A stretch of DNA of 63,005 bases, filler included, from Octopus bimaculoides (lineage: Eukaryota): the NCBI RefSeq assembly GCF_001194135.2. It is 3 parts of 2 records of this genome, joined end to end, with 100 filler letters (N's around TTAATTAATTAA, not from the genome) between each part and the next. Parts side by side here need not be neighbours in the genome. Positions count along the whole stretch, not along the records: positions 31,744 to 57,959 come from NC_068988.1; positions 58,060 to 63,005 come from NC_068996.1; 1 more part is not named here. One strand, 5' to 3'. A program made the translations under genes and the position numbers. This document shows positions 49,996 through 63,005 of this stretch, one piece after another. The notes beneath the pieces are model-generated. The model was not told the DNA's origin. It searched no databases and saw only the letters and a list, made by a program, of their open reading frames with translations. The stretch's first letter is position 1. Every line of letters begins with the position of its first letter.

Positions 49996-50900
49996 ATGAT
50001 TAATAATTAATAGTACCAGGATAAGGATTATTCTGATGTGAATCCAAGGGAGATAATCAATAATGAACCTTACCCATGAACAGAATTAAGCATAAAATAT
50101 TTGGCATTAATGCATTATGTGGCTTTAAGCCATCAATTGAATGGTTAATGATCAAAGAAAATAAAGTAATGAGCACTTTATAAATTGGTCAAAATTGATT
50201 TGCATATTTGATATGAAGATGAAGTTGGCATTAAACAATTATGATATGATGAAATAAAATCAAATATTTCATTGAAATTGGTGGAAATCCAATCATAATT
50301 TCAAAAGAGTGAATTTATTTTATGACAAAATTTAGCATATTTTTTGTTACTAATTTTCTTTTCTTCTTTTCTGTTTTTTTTTCTTCTGTTTTACCCAGCG
50401 CAAAATATTTAAAATTAATTAGTTGTGAATTTAGTTTATTGTATCGCATAAAAAATTAATTTCATTTCATCACATGCGATTAATTTTATTCCATCGTATG
50501 AAATTACAATAATCCAACCAGACAACATTTAATTGGACCTCAATTAATTCCTCAAAGTGTAAAAACCAGCATACATTTACCATATTCCATTTTATTCAGC
50601 CACTGATATGGGCCGCTGTCATACTAGACTTAATAAAATCATTTCATGTCCACGTTTCCTACATACATTGAATAGGTACAACTGGATACAGTATCACTTA
50701 TCTCAGTCTTATATCATCAGACCTGTTAGCTGAAAATTCTTAGGTTGGTCTTCACCACTTCTCACATCTTCTTTGGACATCTTAAGCCATGAGAACCTTT
50801 TCATCAAACTTTTGCACATTTTTCCCTGGCAGGACTTTTCCGTTTTTCATTGTTTTGACTTTTTACACTCCCTTTTCCCATTCCAGTATGGGCAATAACG

Positions 50901-50979
<79 letters not shown>

Positions 50980-51013
50980 TAATAATAATAATAATAATGA
51001 TAATAATAATAAT

Positions 51014-51265
51014 CAATTCCTATCATAGTAGGTGCATTAGGTAAAATAAAAAACTATTCAGACAAATACATAACAAAAACACCAGGACTTACAAATATAT
51101 ATAACATACAGAAAATTGCACTACTGGACACTGCACACATCCTACGCAAAACACTTTCAATACAGTAACCATAAGAGCATCACAGCAAACCACAGCACAT
51201 ACCCAAGGCGCACAGAGCTGCGCTCGGTAGTGAAGTGAAAGCACGTTATAAAAATAAAACTACTG
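51014..51265 (+). mobile_element. 5'-truncated R4/Dong-like insertion inside a (TAA)n array
   Basis: Differs at only a few positions from 31777-32029; flanked by (TAA)n at about 50894-51013 and 51266-51317. Confidence 0.88.
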
Positions 51266-51278
51266 AATAATAATAATG

Positions 51279-51317
<39 letters not shown>

Positions 51318-51475
51318 TGTTCTTTACAACTGCTTGAACATCTTTGATTCTATGTCTGTTTTGTCAGGGTTGACCTTTGATTAAACAACAACACCAAAAA
51401 TGTTTGTAATTAACATGGTAATAAGATTATATATATATATATTTATGTACACACATACATATATATGTATATATA

Positions 51476-52586
51476 CAGGGTGCATAAGATATTTTAGGAC
51501 AGATTTATGTTTATAAAAAACAGATATATAATAACAGATAATAACTTTATTTATCAAAAGGATAAAAATAGACCTTCTTTTCTGTAATGCTATTCCATAA
51601 AGCCACCTTCAGCTTCTAAATGACAACTGCTTCTATATGAGATCTAAATCATCTACAAGCGCGAATCAAGTGGTCCTGGTTCATTTTGGACATTACTCTC
51701 ACTATAGCAGCATTCATAGAATCTTTGGTGCTATGGGCGTGTTCATTGACCTCTCTCTCTCAACAATGCTCTACATGTAATATACCAATAGATTGAGATC
51801 TGGGGAATTAGGAGGCCAAATGTTAGGGGTTATGTGATCATGAAAATTTTCAGCCATCTATTCCTGTGTCACTAGAGCCATGTGTTATAGTGCAGAGTCT
51901 TACTGAAACACATGTGGCCTTCCATTGCATACACTGTCTAACCAATGCTTAACAATTATTTCCAGGACCTCAATGTAGGCGGCAAAGTTAACTCTAAGGC
52001 CTTGCAGAAAGAAGTAAGGAGGCATCACATGTTCATTGCTGACAACCCCTAAAACCATGACAGTTGCAGGAAATTTTGTATGCATAACATCTGGAACTTT
52101 AGAAGGGTCTGCACATAACCATCTATCATTTCTTCTGTTAACTTTTTGATCTTGGTTGAAGTTTTTCTCTGCTGGATTTTTCAGTTTGTCTAAGAGCCTT
52201 TTAGTTCTGATGAATTGATTTTCTTTTGCTTTTTCTGACAAATTGACCTTTCCTTATAAATTCACCTGGATAAATTCAGGTGTTCTGATGGTTTCAGAGC
52301 GTTTAGAATACTTTTTATGCTTTGATACTGATGATACATTTCCATCTTCAGTCTCTAACTCATTACAAACTTTGTAGATGAAAGATTTGACAACTTTTAA
52401 AAATCGAGATATTTCTAAATCACTAGGTTCAGCCTTTATAACCACAATAACAGCTTGTCTCTTTATTTCTTGAGTAAGCTGAGGGTCTGTCGTTATTATT
52501 TTCGGAAACAAAGATTATACAGACTTAGCAAAAATATGCAGCAATGACCTAAAAATGGTATATCCTCAAATACTTTATGTACCCTG
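51476..52586 (-). mobile_element. maT/DD37D-like Tc1-mariner transposon, 1111 bp, pseudogenised
   Basis: TIRs CAGGGTGCATAAGATATTTTAGGACA / TATCCTCAAATACTTTATGTACCCTG; HTKFPATVMVLGVVS..HVMPPYFF..GLRVN..Y...VFQQDSA..WPPNSPDLN. Confidence 0.88.
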
Positions 52587-52676
52587 CATATGTATATATA
52601 TCTGTATATATATAGACATGTATGCATGTATGTATATGCCTGTCTATGTATTTGTGTGTGTGTGTGTGTGCGTGCA

Positions 52677-52712
<36 letters not shown>

Positions 52713-53196
52713 TGCGAAACTTGTAGAAGCATGGAACCAAACCAAACTGTTTCAAATAATGCATGTAACTCCTCCTAAATGTGTTGAGAGTCCTTTTCTT
52801 TTGGTTGTCCACTCACTCACACATACATACATACATACATACATACATACATACATACATACATACATACATACATACATACATTTACATATATATATAT
52901 ATATATTCCCTCTCTCTATATATACGTATGTACGTATAGATGTATGTATATATATCATTAGCATTTAAAAGGATATGACCAATGAGATTATAGGTAAGTT
53001 TTATATTTACTAAATTTTCTGTTTCACAGGAGTTGAAATTTTCAGTGCAAATAAGATGTGCGTGTGTGTCTTCATATGTGCTTGTTTACATATTTGCGTA
53101 TGTTCATAGATATTTACACATGTTTGCATACATATGTGAACATACAGTTTTAATTATGCGTATATTCATGTGAATATGAGTGTTTTACATAAATCT

Positions 53197-53239
<43 letters not shown>

Positions 53240-53831
53240 AGCATAATTTTGTGTCAAATCTTACAAATAAACACCTTTCTTTGAATTGTGACACAAAAGA
53301 AATAGAAAAATATATAAATATAAATGAAGAATTTGTTTGAAAATATTAATATATTTCCTTCTACATTCTCCCACACAGTTTTTGAATGTATTCAACTAAA
53401 TAATTGGTTCTGTTTGTCAGGAATTAGATTTGGCACATTGTTTATTCTAGTTAAAAACGCAGCTGTTCATTAGAAGAACTTTATATTCTAATTCTAATCT
53501 ATATTACCATTTAACAATTCCATTGATTGGTCATCATTTAACAATGCTGTGATAGCTTAATCAATATACTCTTAGATGCTATCATAATTTACTCAATAAA
53601 TTTGTCAGGAACTAAGGCAGAAATATGGAATTTAGTAAACAAACATCTTTAGAGATTTTGTTTAGATGAATTACATTTAAGAGTATGGAAACAAATAGTT
53701 AATGATAAAGTATTAGTGTTTGTATTGTTGTTGTTATGGGGATGGGCGTGGTAGTAATCATGGTAATGGTACTGGTGATGTAGTCCTCATTAACATTGTT
53801 CAAGAATATCTAGAAAAGGAGAGCAAATGAG

Positions 53832-53863
<32 letters not shown>

Positions 53864-54231
53864 AAAGAGAGAGAGAGAGAGTGAGTGAGAGAGAGAGATA
53901 GACTCAAAATCTCTTTCGATCAGTTCATATTTGTGACCATTTCTGTTTTGTTCCATATTTTTGGTTTAATATCCTAATAACATGGAAACATCTCAGAAAT
54001 ATAGGAATAACATTATTGCAGACTTTTAGCCCTAGGTCAAACAGAGTTGAGAAACCCCTTGATCAAAAGCATTTCTGCCATGACTTTTAATTTGCCTTCT
54101 GTTTTTTTAATGTTTTTTCACTGACCGTGTATCCATTTCTATATTATACAGTGTAAACTTAACTTATTTAAGATTTGAGGATCTTTCTAGAAGGTCAAAT
54201 GGCAATGTAAAGCTTTCTCCTTTACTCATCT

Positions 54232-54278
<47 letters not shown>

Positions 54279-54810
54279 ACATCACTTGTGTGACAGTAAC
54301 ACTCATTTACAACTATCTAGTGTTGTCAAGACAAAAAGACACAAACATACACACACACACACACACATACATACATACCTTTTCCCCTGACAAACTACTT
54401 ACTCACAGCCTGTACGTCTAACTCTAGTTCACCATTTGCTGTATATACACATTTCAGGACTTCTTGTTTCTTCTCAGCACCACATCCAACCTATTAACTG
54501 GCCACAGATACCTTGCTTGAATAGCCACTAAGATTAGCAGTGAAAAAACCTATTGGAGAGACCAATTAACATACTAAGCACATTCCTGGCAATTGGTATA
54601 CATTAATTACTGGAAGGGAAACTGTATTTCGTTTTGCAGCCATAATATTCTAACAACTATATTGAAGGTTTATAAGTCAATACCAAGTCCTACTTTGTGT
54701 ATCGGTAATTCATTATTTTCATCTCGAAGGAAGTTTATCTCTGCAGATTTTCTACAGAATTTGGATCCACCACTGAAAGTTACAACATTTTGTATGTATA
54801 TATATATATT

Positions 54811-54846
<36 letters not shown>

Positions 54847-55162
54847 GTTTAACGTCCGCTTTCCATGCTAGCATGGGTTGGACGATTTGACTGAGGACTG
54901 GTGAAACCGGATGGCAACACCAGGCTCCAATCTAAATTTGGCAGAGTTTCTACAGCTGGATGCCCTTCCTAACGCCAACCACTCAGATACATGCATACAT
55001 ATATATATATACATATGTATATATGTATATATATGGTGTTAGGAAGGGCATCCAGCTATAGAAACTCTGCCAGATCAGATTGGAGTCTGGTGCAGCCATC
55101 TGGTTCGTCAGTCCTCAGTCGAATCGTCCAACCCATGCTAGCATGGAAAGCGGCCGTTAAAC

Positions 55163-55194
<32 letters not shown>
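54811..55194. repeat. Inverted pair of RTE 3'-end copies (54811-54987 minus, 55034-55194 plus)
   Basis: The two about 160-bp arms are reverse complements, with about 45 bp of (TA/CA)-rich spacer. Confidence 0.9.
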
Positions 55195-55587
55195 CAGATA
55201 GGAATTGAACCTGCATTGCACTTTTGGTGTCATTTTCTTTTTTTTATGCCTGAACCAGAAGTAAAAGGTCAGCCCTTTCACCTTTGTTACAGTCTCCAAG
55301 ACTTGTGAGAGGTAGAGAATGGAATACTCTTATACCAGCGACCTGATCTAAATGCTTGTAACAGAATGGACTCTGTTAAAGGTAGCCATGGGCCATGTTG
55401 TAGCGTGAGAAGCTTGCAATCTCCTTGCAGCTCATCTTCATTCATGAATTCATACAAACACACAGGATTTATTCCGATGAACGTTGACTTATTGTATCAA
55501 CATCTGTTCTGTTGGCTGTTTCTACCTCTTCCCTTCTATTCCTCCATTCACTTCCAATTTTATCAGCCATGTCTCTCTCTCTCCCTC

Positions 55588-55630
<43 letters not shown>

Positions 55631-55795
55631 GTCTCTCTCGCTCTCTCTCTCTCTTTCCCTCTCTCTCTCTTCAAGACACAGTTTGTCATTATGTTAAGAT
55701 ATTCATCATATTCCCAACTGAATCACTTGTGAAGATTCTTCAATTTTTTTCTGCCAGGGTTAAAGTACTTGATACAAGGTTGGGTATGATATTAG

Positions 55796-55834
<39 letters not shown>

Positions 55835-55980
55835 GTATAATTATATGTAAACACATTGTTTTTAAGACAAAGAAATAGATAGATGGATAGATAGGTAGAC
55901 AGGTGGGTTGATTATATATGTAGAGAGTGAGCGTAAATGGATAGATAAATAGAGAGGTACATAGATAGATTGAGAGAGAA

Positions 55981-56020
<40 letters not shown>

Positions 56021-56191
56021 GGGGAAAGAGAGAGACTAAATAAGGATTAACAATACCAAATATATGTCTCAGAATATTTTTTATGACTTAAATATCACCT
56101 TAGACATGCGTGTATACACACACACACACATACACACTCACATAAACAAGAGCACATGAATACACACACAGACGAACAAAAGCACATGAAT

Positions 56192-56222
<31 letters not shown>

Positions 56223-57774
56223 AGCATGCATATACACTCAAACAGTTTTTCACAAATGGATTATTATAATCAAATGTTTGTTTTAAAGTGATATAATATC
56301 AACATATATGTTTTCCGTCACTCTGTTTTGATGCCTAAAGAAAACCATTCTCTGTGTTTATTGGCTTTTTTTTTCTCCCTCGATTTGAGCTTACATTATT
56401 TGAATCCTCATATTAGCAAATTTATTACTAAGATAATGCATTGAGAATTTCCTGGTATTGTTAAAGGTTTTTGCTTTGAATCTGTCTTTAATTTCTTCTG
56501 TTTTTTGTTTTAATGTGCATGTTATGGTTCTATCATGATATGTTTTGTTTTATAATTTCATTTAGCCTTTTGTGTTTGTTTATTTTATAACATCCTTTTC
56601 TAGTGATTAAATTTCAGCATGAGATTGCAGAGGTTTTAGTACAAGAAAATCTTTTGCGATTTTCCCCCATCAATTATAAGTGATGGTAAAGAAATAAGAA
56701 ATAAAGTATGGCAGGAAAAAATAGGTAAAATAATAAAAAACAAAAAAAACAAAAATGATTTTAAAAAAATGTCTATCAGAGTGAAAGATGTGTTCCACCA
56801 AAGAGATTAGAAAATAGCATTTAGCAAGCTTTCCTTATACATTAGTGAATGGAAATAAACTAATTCCTAACTGAAAAGTTATCTTGGAAATCCACAAGTG
56901 CGGGGTCAGTTGTAATGTTTTGGAATTAATTAAATTTTCAAAGCAATGTCTTATAAAAAAAAAATTTAATAAAATGTCACTTTGCTAATCTCTACAAGAG
57001 GCCAAGTTGCTAATGTGTATTTCAGTAGGTGCATACATTCAGTAACACATCGGTCAAAACCAATTCTAATTTAAAGGTGCAACATTAATTTGTTGATATG
57101 TGCTGGCGTGTTCTTCTTTATAATCTCATCTTATCTTCCTGCTTCATATTCTTAACTTCTCAGAGCATCTTGGAGTAGTTCTAACTACTTTATTCCAATA
57201 AGTAATATTTCATGAGATATACTAGACATATTAAGATACCTAGATACCTGAACTAAAAGTACATGTGTTGTCATTGTCATCATCATCATCATTTAACATT
57301 CATTTTCCATTCTGGGATGAGTTGGATTGTTTCACTGGATCCAATGAGCCACTAAATAGTCAGGCCCCATTGTCAGCTTCAGCATAGTTTCTATCATTGG
57401 ATGCCCCACCTAATGCCAGATACTTTACAGTGTCTCTGGGTACCTTTTTTCCTGACACTAGCGATAGTCAGTTCTGCATAATTATAATAATCTTAGAAAA
57501 GCTATTTATTTTTCTACTTTGACCTATCTTATTTGTGGTGTGGTATTTTCTTTCATTACCTAAAAAGAAAATGTTATTTTCTTCATCACTAACCTAATGC
57601 TTCATAAGCTTCACATATCACTTCCATTTACCTACATGCAAAAGCCAATATTTATTGTTTTCATGGCCAGAGAAGACCTGTGATGTTCATGCTTTTTCAA
57701 GAGGCTTTAGGGGAATATGTGAAGAGAAATTCAAATTAATAACTCTACAGATGGTGCAGGCAAATGCTATACAC

Positions 57775-57839
<65 letters not shown>

Positions 57840-57959
57840 CATACTTGCCTACCTACCTACCTACCTACCTACCTACCTACCTACCTACCTAACTACCTAC
57901 CTACCTACTTACCTACCTACCTACCGACCTACTATATATATATATATATATATATATAT

Positions 57960-58059
57960 NNNNNNNNNNNNNNNNNNNNNNNNNNNNNNNNNNNNNNNNN
58001 NNNTTAATTAATTAANNNNNNNNNNNNNNNNNNNNNNNNNNNNNNNNNNNNNNNNNNNN
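57960..58059. other. Artificial scaffold linker 44N-TTAATTAATTAA-44N
   Basis: Same 100-bp structure as 31644-31743. Confidence 0.93.
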
Positions 58060-58220
58060 CTCTGAGTGGTTGGCGTTAGGAAGGGCATCCAGCTGTAGAA
58101 ACTCTGCCAAATTAGATTGGAGCCTGGTGTTGCCATCCGGTTTCACCAGTCCTCAGTCAAATCGTCCAACCCATGCTAGCATGGAAAGCGGACGTTAAAC
58201 GATGATGATGATGATGATAT
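58060..58220 (+). mobile_element. Young RTE 3'-end copy
   Basis: Near-identical to the reverse complement of 20468-20612. Confidence 0.88.
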
Positions 58221-58299
58221 ATATATATTCAACGGGCTTCTTTCAGTTTCCGTCTACCAAATTCTCTCACAAGGCTTTGGTCAGCCCGAGTTTCTCCCA

Positions 58300-58830
58300 A
58301 CACCTTTTCTACATATCAAGCAGGGCCATCTCCCTGAAGAAACATTTAATTTGTTTGGTTTCCAAATATGACTTTGGTCTTTGCTAAATTAACTCTAAGA
58401 CCCAATGATTCCAGATCTTGCTTCCACACCTGAAACTTCTTGTCTAGCTCTGGCAGTGATTCAACAATAAGAATAAGATCATCAGCAAAGTGGAACTTCC
58501 AAATGTAGCTAGTCTTTAATTCCTTTGTTATGGCCAAGAGGACTATGATGAACAAAAGGGGGCTAAGAACCAATCTTTGGTGAACTTCTGCCTGTACACT
58601 AAATTCCTTGATATACTCATTACCAACTTTCACCTTTCTGACAGCCTCCCTGTACATGGCTTGTACAGCTCTCACCAAACACTCATTTATCCCTAACTTC
58701 TGCATTGTACACCAGATAAGGGAGTGGGAACCCTGTCAAAAACTTTCCCCATGTCAACAAAAGCCAAATACAGAAGTTTATTTGTGGCTAAATACTTCTC
58801 CTGCAGTTGCTTCACCAAGAAGATAGCACC
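58300..58830 (-). mobile_element. RTE RT core fragment
   Basis: ORF 58346-58705: VHQRLVLSPLLFIIV...FADDLILIVES...LGLRVNLAKTKV. Confidence 0.88.
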
Positions 58831-59872
58831 AAGAAGAGTGCATCTATGTATGTATGTATGTATGTATGTATCTATCTATCTATCTATCTATCTATAGCGT
58901 ACTTCTGTCTCTCTGTTAAATATACATAAATGTGGACGTAGTGGATAACAGCTAGCCGTCGGCCGCACTTTTGGACCCTGTTGTGTCCACCACTCTGATT
59001 GGTTGGTATTGGCACAGTTTGTCTCCTGTTCTATTGCGCGCCAAGATGCAATCCAACCAATCGCAGCCTTCAGATAAGGTCGCATGAGACAGTCTTTTCT
59101 GAACCCCAGTTTGAGCTGATAGTATGGTATAAAAAGCTAGATTTTCACCGTCACAGTTTTGTCAGTCTTCTCGGCTCTAGACCTTCTAAGGTCTAACCGC
59201 TAACCACAGAGCACACAGCCAGTTCCAGTGATGACACAATAGCAGCTTCATGGAGACTCATCAACACTTTGTTCAACAGCTTACGGCAAACTCCATCTTC
59301 GTCGCCACATCATCCTCTTAACTACACCAACTTCTCTATGTACACAGCCACCAACGACACTCGTAGAGGTTCTCTCAACACTGTTTGGGAATTACTTCAC
59401 CATGGTTAACAGCGAATACAACCTGCGATGACCTCCTGTACCAAATAACCGGCAGCAGCATTGAAGCCACAACTTCTCATGACATGTGCCTCTTCCTGGC
59501 TCTGCATTGCTGCCACAACTTCTTGATACAGCACTTCAATCACTGTGTACTTTGACTTTGTGTTTGGACTTTTTCTTAACCTCCTTATAGATTCCTTTCT
59601 ATGCTCTGTATTTCTCGCACACACATACATGTATGTTTGTATACACATACACTTTGTTTACATGACGGCCTGTCTATTATGTTTATATGTCGCACACACA
59701 GACACACATGTTGACATATCAATAAAACCTTCTCTTAAACCTTCTACTGGTTGTGTCTCTCTTTTCCTTCTGGCGCTTATACTCATTTAACCTTTTTCAT
59801 TCCATGAACCATGTATGGAATTGTGAAGCACCCAGCAAGTGCAAATCACATTTTTCCTACATATCTATCTAT

Positions 59873-59915
<43 letters not shown>

Positions 59916-60582
59916 GAAAGACATTCTATGTATATATATATATATATATATATTGCTATGCCACAAGTGGCCACCCAAAACCACCTTCAACACAACAGTC
60001 TGTGTCCAATAGCTCAGAAGACCACATAGGCAAAGCTCAGCAAACCAATTTACTTAGAGCAGATGAAGCAGTAGTCAAAGAAGTCAGAAGGGTTGCAAAT
60101 AACGAACAAAACCATTGAGTATGACCAAAATACAAGAACTTTAAGAGGCCAATAACATTTATGAAATAAATAAACAGTTCTTTAGAGAGTTTTTAGAAAG
60201 TTCTTTCATTTCCTCTGAAATGTGTAGACTTCTTTTGGTTAGCTCTTCTTTTATTCACGAGTCTAATGATTTATTTTCTATCTTCTTTTTATCCCTTTTT
60301 TTTTTTGCAACTTGACTTCCGAATTGTTACTTCAGAATTCACGGTACCATTCTGCCTTCTTTATGCTGCCAAGTTCACACTATTTTCGCAGTAAGCTTAA
60401 AACCTTCCACCTTACAAAGACGCCAACTTCACACTCTATACCAAATGCTGTGTCAACTGTTCCATCCGAAATTGCCTGACTCCATCGCTCATATTGACTG
60501 CGTAGCACCAACTAATACATAAAACCATTCACATCTGCTTCCAGCACATCACACATCAGCGTCGCACAAGTGACGTCACACA

Positions 60583-60823
60583 AGGCGGCGAGCTGGCAGA
60601 AACGTTAGCACGCTGGGCAAAATGCTCAGCGGTATTTCGTCTGCTGCTACGTTCTGAGTTCAAATTCCGCAGAGGTCGACTTTGCCTTTCATCCTTTCGG
60701 GGGTCGATTAAATAAGTACCAGTTATGCACTGGGGTTGATGTAATTGACTTAATCCCTTTATGTGTCCTTGTTTGTCCCCTCTATGTTTAGCCCCTTGTG
60801 GGTAGTAAAGAAATAACACACCA
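60583..60823 (+). mobile_element. Complete tRNA-derived SINE with a 10-bp target site duplication
   Basis: aggcggcgagctggcagaaacgttagc...gagttcaaattcc (B-box-like); ACGTCACACA at 60573-60582 and 60824-60833. Confidence 0.88.
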
Positions 60824-60979
60824 ACGTCACACACTGTCTTCCAGTCTGAACTTTTGAACAACCTGTTCACATTGGCTTCCAGTGTGAACTAACTTGCCAC
60901 ATGAGCAAATAGTCTTTATACTTCGCCCATACTGTAAAAGCACGTCAAAATCATGCTGCCTATGCTGTAAACAGTCACT

Positions 60980-61197
60980 TACTCTTTTACTCTTTCACTT
61001 GTTTTAGTCATTTTGACTGTGGCCATGCTGGAGCACCACCTTTAGTCGAGCAAATCAACCTCAAGACTTATTCTTTGTAAGCCTAGTACTTATTCTAGAT
61101 GTCTCTTTTGCCGAACTGCTAGGTTACGGGGATGTAAACACACGAACATCGGTTGTCAGGCGATGTTGGGGAGACAAACATATACACACACACATAA

Positions 61198-61228
<31 letters not shown>

Positions 61229-61392
61229 TACGACAGGCTTCTTTCAGTTTCCATCTACCAAATCCACTCACAAGGCTTTGGTCGGCCCGAGGCTATAGTA
61301 GAAGACACTTGCTCAAGGTGCCACTCAGTGGGACTGAACCTAGAATCTTGTGGTTGGTAAGCAAGCTACTTACCACACAACCACTCCTACGC
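60980..61392 (-). mobile_element. About 410-bp tRNA-derived SINE with an internal (TA/CA)n microsatellite
   Basis: Minus strand head gcgtaggagtggttgtgtggtaag...ggttcagtccc; body ggcaccttgagcaagtgtcttctactatagcc; tail (aagagt)-like. Confidence 0.85.
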
Positions 61393-61774
61393 AAAGAATT
61401 AATTTTTTCATCTTCACTTGCAAAACCAGAGAGTGGTGTTCTAATTCATGTCGTACAAATGAGAAATTATCTTAATATAATATTTTTGTTTGTAACCGTA
61501 TATTTCTTTCTGTTACTGTACTTTTCTCAATTTTTCTCAGTCTTTGTTTATATATCATATCTGGCTGCGTATACTCCAGCAGCTTACATTGTTGACACCA
61601 AAAAATTGAATGATATTGTCTTAAGGTGTTTAAATTGCGATGATATTTAGTCAACAACTGATAAGGATTGAACTTTTCTGCCTGTCTTTTTGGGGGTTTT
61701 TTCAGTTTTTCCTATAAATTCCTTTGCTGTTCCCTTTGCCATCTTTTTCATTTTGTGTGTGTGTGTGTAGTTTG

Positions 61775-61776
61775 CC

Positions 61777-61835
<59 letters not shown>

Positions 61836-61836
61836 T

Positions 61837-61869
<33 letters not shown>

Positions 61870-61972
61870 TACAGATAGACAGACAGACATACAGATAGAC
61901 AGACAGACAGACAGATAGGCAGACAGACAGATAGACAGGCAGATAAATAGACTGACAGACAGACAGACAGAC

Positions 61973-62015
<43 letters not shown>

Positions 62016-62052
62016 AAGATAGATAGATAGATAGAAAGATAGATAGATAGAT

Positions 62053-62091
<39 letters not shown>

Positions 62092-62095
62092 GAGA
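61775..62095. repeat. (GATA)n/(GACA)n compound tetranucleotide repeat
   Basis: Direct inspection; a similar (TCTA)n(CCTA)n array lies at 57775-57930. Confidence 0.95.
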
Positions 62096-62289
62096 GAAAG
62101 AAAGAGGGGTGTATCTTGCCTCCTTATAAGCACATCGTATTACATAACAATGCTATTATATCATATTCAGTTGTTTAATACCCAGTATGAAACTGAGTGT
62201 TAAAATCAGCTGAAATGTATTTAAAACACTGTATATTATATACATACACACACACACACATGTGTGTGTGTGTGTGTGTATTTTTATAT

Positions 62290-62870
62290 ATATAAGTGAT
62301 TTAAGAGAAAAAACTGGGTATATGTGGCATTAGATGTAGCATGCAAGAGAGACGACTGTGTTGGTATGGCCATATAATGTGTATGAATGAGGATAGTTAC
62401 ATCAAGAGGCGCTGATATCTAATTGTAGAGGAAACATATGGAAGAGTTAGACCCAGGAAAACATAGGTCGAACTGGTGAGAAAGGATCTAAAAATGTTGG
62501 GATTCACAGAGGGGATGAGAAGGGACTGAGACTCCTGGTGGTTTGCTGTGCTTGAAAAGACATGTCAAGCTAAGTAAAAGTGTGGTTGTCCTTGAATACA
62601 GGCTTGTCTCTTGCCCCCCCCCCCCAGCTGAGCATCCCTAATCTTGAGGGCTTGTAAGTAATGGTGCCACAATAAAAAGCACTCATGTCAGTGTTCTGTA
62701 AAAGTGCCCAGTACACTTTGCATAGTGGTTGGCATTAAGAAGGGCATCTAAGTGTAGAAATCATGCCAAAAAATACACGGAACCTGAACAGCCCTTCAGC
62801 TGGTCAACTCTTGTCAAACCGTCCAGTTCATGCCAGCATGGAAAATGGATGTTAAATGATGATGATGATG
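62290..62870 (+). mobile_element. RTE LINE 3' end
   Basis: LGICGIRCSMQERRL.WYGH..RPRKT..ELVRKDL, 3' UTR and (GAT)n tail. Confidence 0.85.
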
Positions 62871-62954
62871 AGATATATGTATATATGTATGTTTGTATAT
62901 ATATACATATATATACACACATATATATATACTCAAATGTGTGTGTGTGTATAA

Positions 62955-63005
<51 letters not shown>

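Overview
AT-rich, microsatellite-laden eukaryotic DNA. The RTE LINE 3' tails with (GAT)n and the tRNA-headed SINEs resemble those of octopod cephalopods, so the source is probably Octopus (inference). I find no host protein-coding gene I can support, and no rRNA, intact tRNA or CRISPR array; nearly all ORFs in the track are microsatellite translations or decayed transposon pieces. The window holds decayed RTE LINEs, R4/Dong-like and other restriction-like-endonuclease (RLE) non-LTR elements, a near-complete Naiad-like Penelope element (RT + GIY-YIG), two Helitron families, Tc1/mariner/maT and probable Chapaev3 DNA transposons, MITE/foldback elements and several SINE families. Two 100-bp artificial linkers (44N-TTAATTAATTAA-44N) split it into three joined pieces. 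The most unusual signal is a set of minimal type I hammerhead ribozyme folds: 11190-11234 intact, and 1762-1810, 1576-1624, 34444-34490 and 42763-42808 with 1-3 substitutions. Three loci belong to one diverged non-coding repeat family that keeps the catalytic core, covarying stems, a conserved motif 78-95 nt downstream and fold-back junctions. This fits a Penelope-pLTR-derived or retrozyme-like non-autonomous element. All alignments and folds were read by eye; none were computed.
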